This document shows, piece after piece, positions 14,719 through 16,901 of a stretch of DNA of 16,901 nt. Below the pieces are notes generated by a model, which worked only from the letters and a program-made list of their open reading frames with translations, had not been told where the DNA came from and made no database searches. Position numbers and translations under genes: made by a program. This DNA is from a virus. Positions within the stretch are counted from its first letter, which is position 1. Each line of letters opens with the position of its first letter. The stretch is taken from IMG/VR virus record IMGVR_UViG_3300035703_000557. The stretch is one strand, 5' to 3'.

Positions 14719-16044
14719 ATGCGCATGGCACAGGAACGACGCGAGCGAACGCTCGCGTACGACGCGGCGCGTGCATGGTGTGAGCAGGCGAGGAAGGCGG
14801 AGTACGTGTGGGACGTGGACCAGCACTGCTGGTTCATCAGGTCCGCCACCGGCGTGTGGGAACGCGACCGGCTAGGCCTCGTCCGCAGCGAGATGATCAA
14901 GGCCGCTCAATCTGCCCGCCCCGACGACACCGGGAATTGGGCCCGGTACTTCGACATGGTGGCGACGTGCCAGGACGGCGTCACCATCACACGCGACCAG
15001 TGGGACACCCACATGTACGCGTTCGGTGCGCCGAGCGGCGTCTTCGAGCTGATCGAAGGGTGCTCGCTCGAGCGGGTGTACGACCTGAAGATCACCAAGC
15101 AGGTGGGGGCGTCGCCTGGGGGCTCAAGCGAACTGTGGGAGCGGTTCCTGCTCGAGTGCTGCGAGGGCGACGATGAGGTGGTGTCGTTCCTGCAGCGGTG
15201 GGCGGGCTACGCCCTGTCAGGCCTCACGGTCGAGCACGTGATCCTGTTCGTGCACGGGCCCGGCGGCAACGGCAAGAGCGTGTTCGTGGACACGCTGCGC
15301 CACGCGTGGGGCGAGTACGCCCGCACGATGCCCATGGATGCCCTGATGGAGGCCAAGAACGACCGCCACCCGGCCGAGATCGCCATGCTGGCCGGGGCAC
15401 GGCTTGCCATCGCCACCGAGACGCAGGAGGGCAGGCGCTGGGACGACGCGAAGGTCAAGCAGCTGACCGGCGGCGACCGGATCGTGGCCCGGCACATGCG
15501 TCAGGACTGGTTTGAGTTCGACCCGACGTTCAAGCTGCTGGTGGTGGGCAACCATGCTCCGCAGATCGCCACCGTGGACGATGCCATGCGCAGGCGGCTG
15601 TGCATGGTGCCGTTCAACAACAAGCCGGCCATGCCTGACCCGACGCTTGGGCAGCGGCTCAAGCAGGAGGCCGGAGGCGTCCTACGTTGGGCCATGGAGG
15701 GCTTCGAGGCGTTCAGGCAGGCTGGAGGCCTGAACCCGCCCGAACGCGTCCTGAAGGCAACGCAGGCCTACCTCGACGAGCAGGACACGGTGGGGGCGTG
15801 GCTGCAGGACTGCTGCATCGTCGGGGATGGCGGCTGGACCGCCAGCGCCGACCTGTTCAGGAGCTGGGAAGCCTGGTGCCGAGACGCGGGCATCCATGCC
15901 AAGAGCATCAAGCGCCTGTCGGGCGACCTGGCGCGGCGCGGCATACCGGCCGAGCGGCGCAAGCACGGGCGCGGGTTTGGCAACGTGCGGGTGACGCTTG
16001 GTGACGCATTGGTGACGGATCAACGGGATGGGTACTGGCCGTGA
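14719..16044 (+). CDS. D5_N / P4-family primase C-terminal type SF3 helicase (replication NTPase)
   Basis: GGGAGGA 4 nt upstream of the ATG. D5_N-like LWERFLLECCEGDDEVVSFLQRWAGYALSG. Walker A is HGPGGNGKS and Walker B is ARLAIATE. RRRLCMVPFNNKP follows. This pattern is typical of the phage/plasmid primase P4-family C-terminal domain. Confidence 0.85.
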   Translation: MRMAQERRERTLAYDAARAWCEQARKAEYVWDVDQHCWFIRSATGVWERDRLGLVRSEMIKAAQSARPDDTGNWARYFDMVATCQDGVTITRDQWDTHMYAFGAPSGVFELIEGCSLERVYDLKITKQVGASPGGSSELWERFLLECCEGDDEVVSFLQRWAGYALSGLTVEHVILFVHGPGGNGKSVFVDTLRHAWGEYARTMPMDALMEAKNDRHPAEIAMLAGARLAIATETQEGRRWDDAKVKQLTGGDRIVARHMRQDWFEFDPTFKLLVVGNHAPQIATVDDAMRRRLCMVPFNNKPAMPDPTLGQRLKQEAGGVLRWAMEGFEAFRQAGGLNPPERVLKATQAYLDEQDTVGAWLQDCCIVGDGGWTASADLFRSWEAWCRDAGIHAKSIKRLSGDLARRGIPAERRKHGRGFGNVRVTLGDALVTDQRDGYWP

Positions 16045-16175
16045 TTTCACCTAGGAAACGGCGTTTGGTGACGGATGTGACGCATGTGACGCTTTTTCTG
16101 AGTTACGCGCACACACGCGCACGCGCACACACGAGGTCATATGCGGTGACGCGTCACATGCGTCACCAGCGTCAC
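15991..16175. repeat. Iteron field: 7 direct GTGACG and 3 inverted CGTCAC copies (consensus about kGTGACGCwT)
   Basis: Direct copies start at 15991, 16001, 16012, 16068, 16077, 16086 and 16146. Inverted copies start at 16152, 16161 and 16170. Spacing within clusters is 9-11 bp. 16146-16157 is the perfect palindrome GTGACGCGTCAC. Confidence 0.8.
16104..16133. repeat. 30-nt perfectly alternating pyrimidine-purine tract containing a 13-nt direct repeat
   Basis: TACGCGCACACACGCGCACGCGCACACACG. ACGCGCACACACG occurs at 16105-16117 and again at 16121-16133. The tract is flanked by the iteron clusters and preceded by CTTTTTCTGAGT. Confidence 0.8.
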
Positions 16176-16205
16176 CCAGCCTCAGAGGAGGCAGGAAGGT
16201 GAACG

Positions 16206-16463
16206 ATGAAGCACTGGAAGTCTCCGTGGCCTCAAAGGGCCTCAGAAGCACGTGGGAAGCGGGCGTCCTATGGCGGCAGCTGGAGCCGCCTAAGCCTGAA
16301 GCTGCGGCAGAACAGCCCTCTGTGCCAGCGGTGCGGGATCAACCCAAGCGAGCAAGTGCACCACGTCGTGCCCGTCAGGGCCGATCCAAGGCTCAAGCTC
16401 GACCCACGGAATTGCCTGGTCCTGTGCCGCAGCTGCCACGAGGAGCTGGATCACCCGCGGTAG
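16206..16463 (+). CDS. HNH endonuclease
   Basis: GAAGG 6 nt upstream of the ATG. CQRCG...VHHVVPV...DPRNCLVLCRSCHEEL is a classic HNH/zinc-finger layout. Its position just upstream of the terminase matches HK97-like cos phages. Confidence 0.85.
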   Translation: MKHWKSPWPQRASEARGKRASYGGSWSRLSLKLRQNSPLCQRCGINPSEQVHHVVPVRADPRLKLDPRNCLVLCRSCHEELDHPR

Positions 16464-16465
16464 CA

Positions 16466-16487
16466 CCCCCCGGCAAGGGCCGGGGGG
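16466..16487 (+). terminator. GC hairpin after the HNH stop, overlapping a G9 homopolymer (terminator-like; possibly part of the packaging site)
   Basis: CCCCCCGGC (16466-16474), loop AAGG, GCCGGGGGG (16479-16487). The G run extends from 16482 to 16490. There is no U-tract. Confidence 0.45.
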
Positions 16488-16540
16488 GGGTCAAGAAGGC
16501 CAGGGCACCGCGGTGTGGGTCCGTCGAAACGGGACCATCG

Positions 16541-16901
16541 GTGGGGCCGCCAAGTACAGAGAACGTCGACAGCGGGGAAGCACCTACTTCACCCGGTGAA
16601 CCACCTGCTGCAGCGGCCGTCGACGTCTCGGATGCGTACGCCCGTGGGGTCATCGATGGCACCGTCGCCGCGCCGCGCCGGATCCGGGCCGCGTGCCGGC
16701 GGTACCTCGCCGAGCGGGCGGACCCCGCCGGCCACGGCGTTGCCTGGGACGCCTCCGAGCTCGAGCGGTTCCTGCAGCGGTGCCGGATGCTCAAGTTCGA
16801 GCTCCTGCCTTGGCAGGTGCACGCGGCGACGGTGCTGATGGCCCGCCGGCGGGCGGACGACGGCACCCCGGCTACGCGCTACGCCCTGTGGGTGGTCGCC
16901 C
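16541..16901 (+). CDS. terL: Terminase large subunit, N-terminal part; runs off the window end and continues at base 128
   Basis: The frame is continuous with 1-1491 through the 127-bp overlap. DAYARGVIDGTVAAPRRIRAACRRYLAER...WDASELERFLQRC is typical of TerL N-termini. GTG 16541 is the first plausible start and its SD is weak, so the start is uncertain. Total length would be about 574 aa. Confidence 0.75.
   Translation, partial: MGPPSTENVDSGEAPTSPGEPPAAAAVDVSDAYARGVIDGTVAAPRRIRAACRRYLAERADPAGHGVAWDASELERFLQRCRMLKFELLPWQVHAATVLMARRRADDGTPATRYALWVVA
16775..16901. repeat. Exact 127-bp duplicate of bases 1-127 (circular-contig end overlap)
   Basis: A base-by-base comparison of the two ends matches over all 127 nt. 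The reading frame is preserved across the join. Confidence 0.9.

Noticed and set aside
15991-16175. The GTGACG repeat cluster as a CRISPR array.
   Set aside because: The repeats are only 6-10 nt with 9-11 bp periodicity and mixed orientation. There are no 25-40 nt repeats, no unique spacers and no cas genes.
16515-16838. 107-aa + strand ORF, and the matching 6-452 ORF, overlapping terL in another frame.
   Set aside because: They are off-frame relative to the TerL motifs (AYARGVIDG..., PWQ, Walker A), and the translation is Pro/Arg/Ser-rich and looks meaningless.
1-16901. A lysogeny module, diversity-generating retroelement, tRNAs, toxin-antitoxin pair or known defence/anti-defence genes.
   Set aside because: I recognise no integrase, recombinase, reverse transcriptase, cloverleaf-like sequence or template/variable repeat pair on either strand. 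Absence is judged by eye only and should be confirmed with profile searches.

Overview
The window is one closed, circular, tailed-phage-like genome of about 16,774 bp. Bases 1-127 are identical to 16775-16901, and the large terminase gene reads straight across that junction. GC content is high: hand counts give about 78% in capsid-gene lines and about 50-52% in a few islands. Nearly all genes are on the + strand and tightly packed, with about a dozen ATGA, GTGA or TGATG stop/start overlaps.

Gene order:
- TerL (16541 -> wrap -> 1491)
- a low-GC two-ORF island
- HK97-type portal
- a single ORF fusing prohead protease, a coiled-coil delta region and the HK97-fold major capsid protein
- head-tail connector, head closure, gp10-like and tail-terminator-like proteins
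- a small major tail protein
- two chaperone-position ORFs
- a very short (187 aa) tape-measure candidate
- three minor tail proteins
- an FN3 + ConA-like receptor-binding protein
- three tiny membrane or lipobox proteins
- a 296-aa protein with 21 cysteines
- a CxxC mini-protein that overlaps convergently with the only plausible minus-strand gene, a 48-aa TM peptide
- an early module: promoter/operator, RHH regulator, a D5_N/SF3 (P4-type) helicase, a GTGACG iteron field with a 30-nt alternating Py-Pu tract, and an HNH endonuclease

I found no integrase, DNA polymerase, small terminase, recognisable endolysin, tRNA or CRISPR array. All protein calls come from motif recognition and synteny by eye. 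No searches were run.
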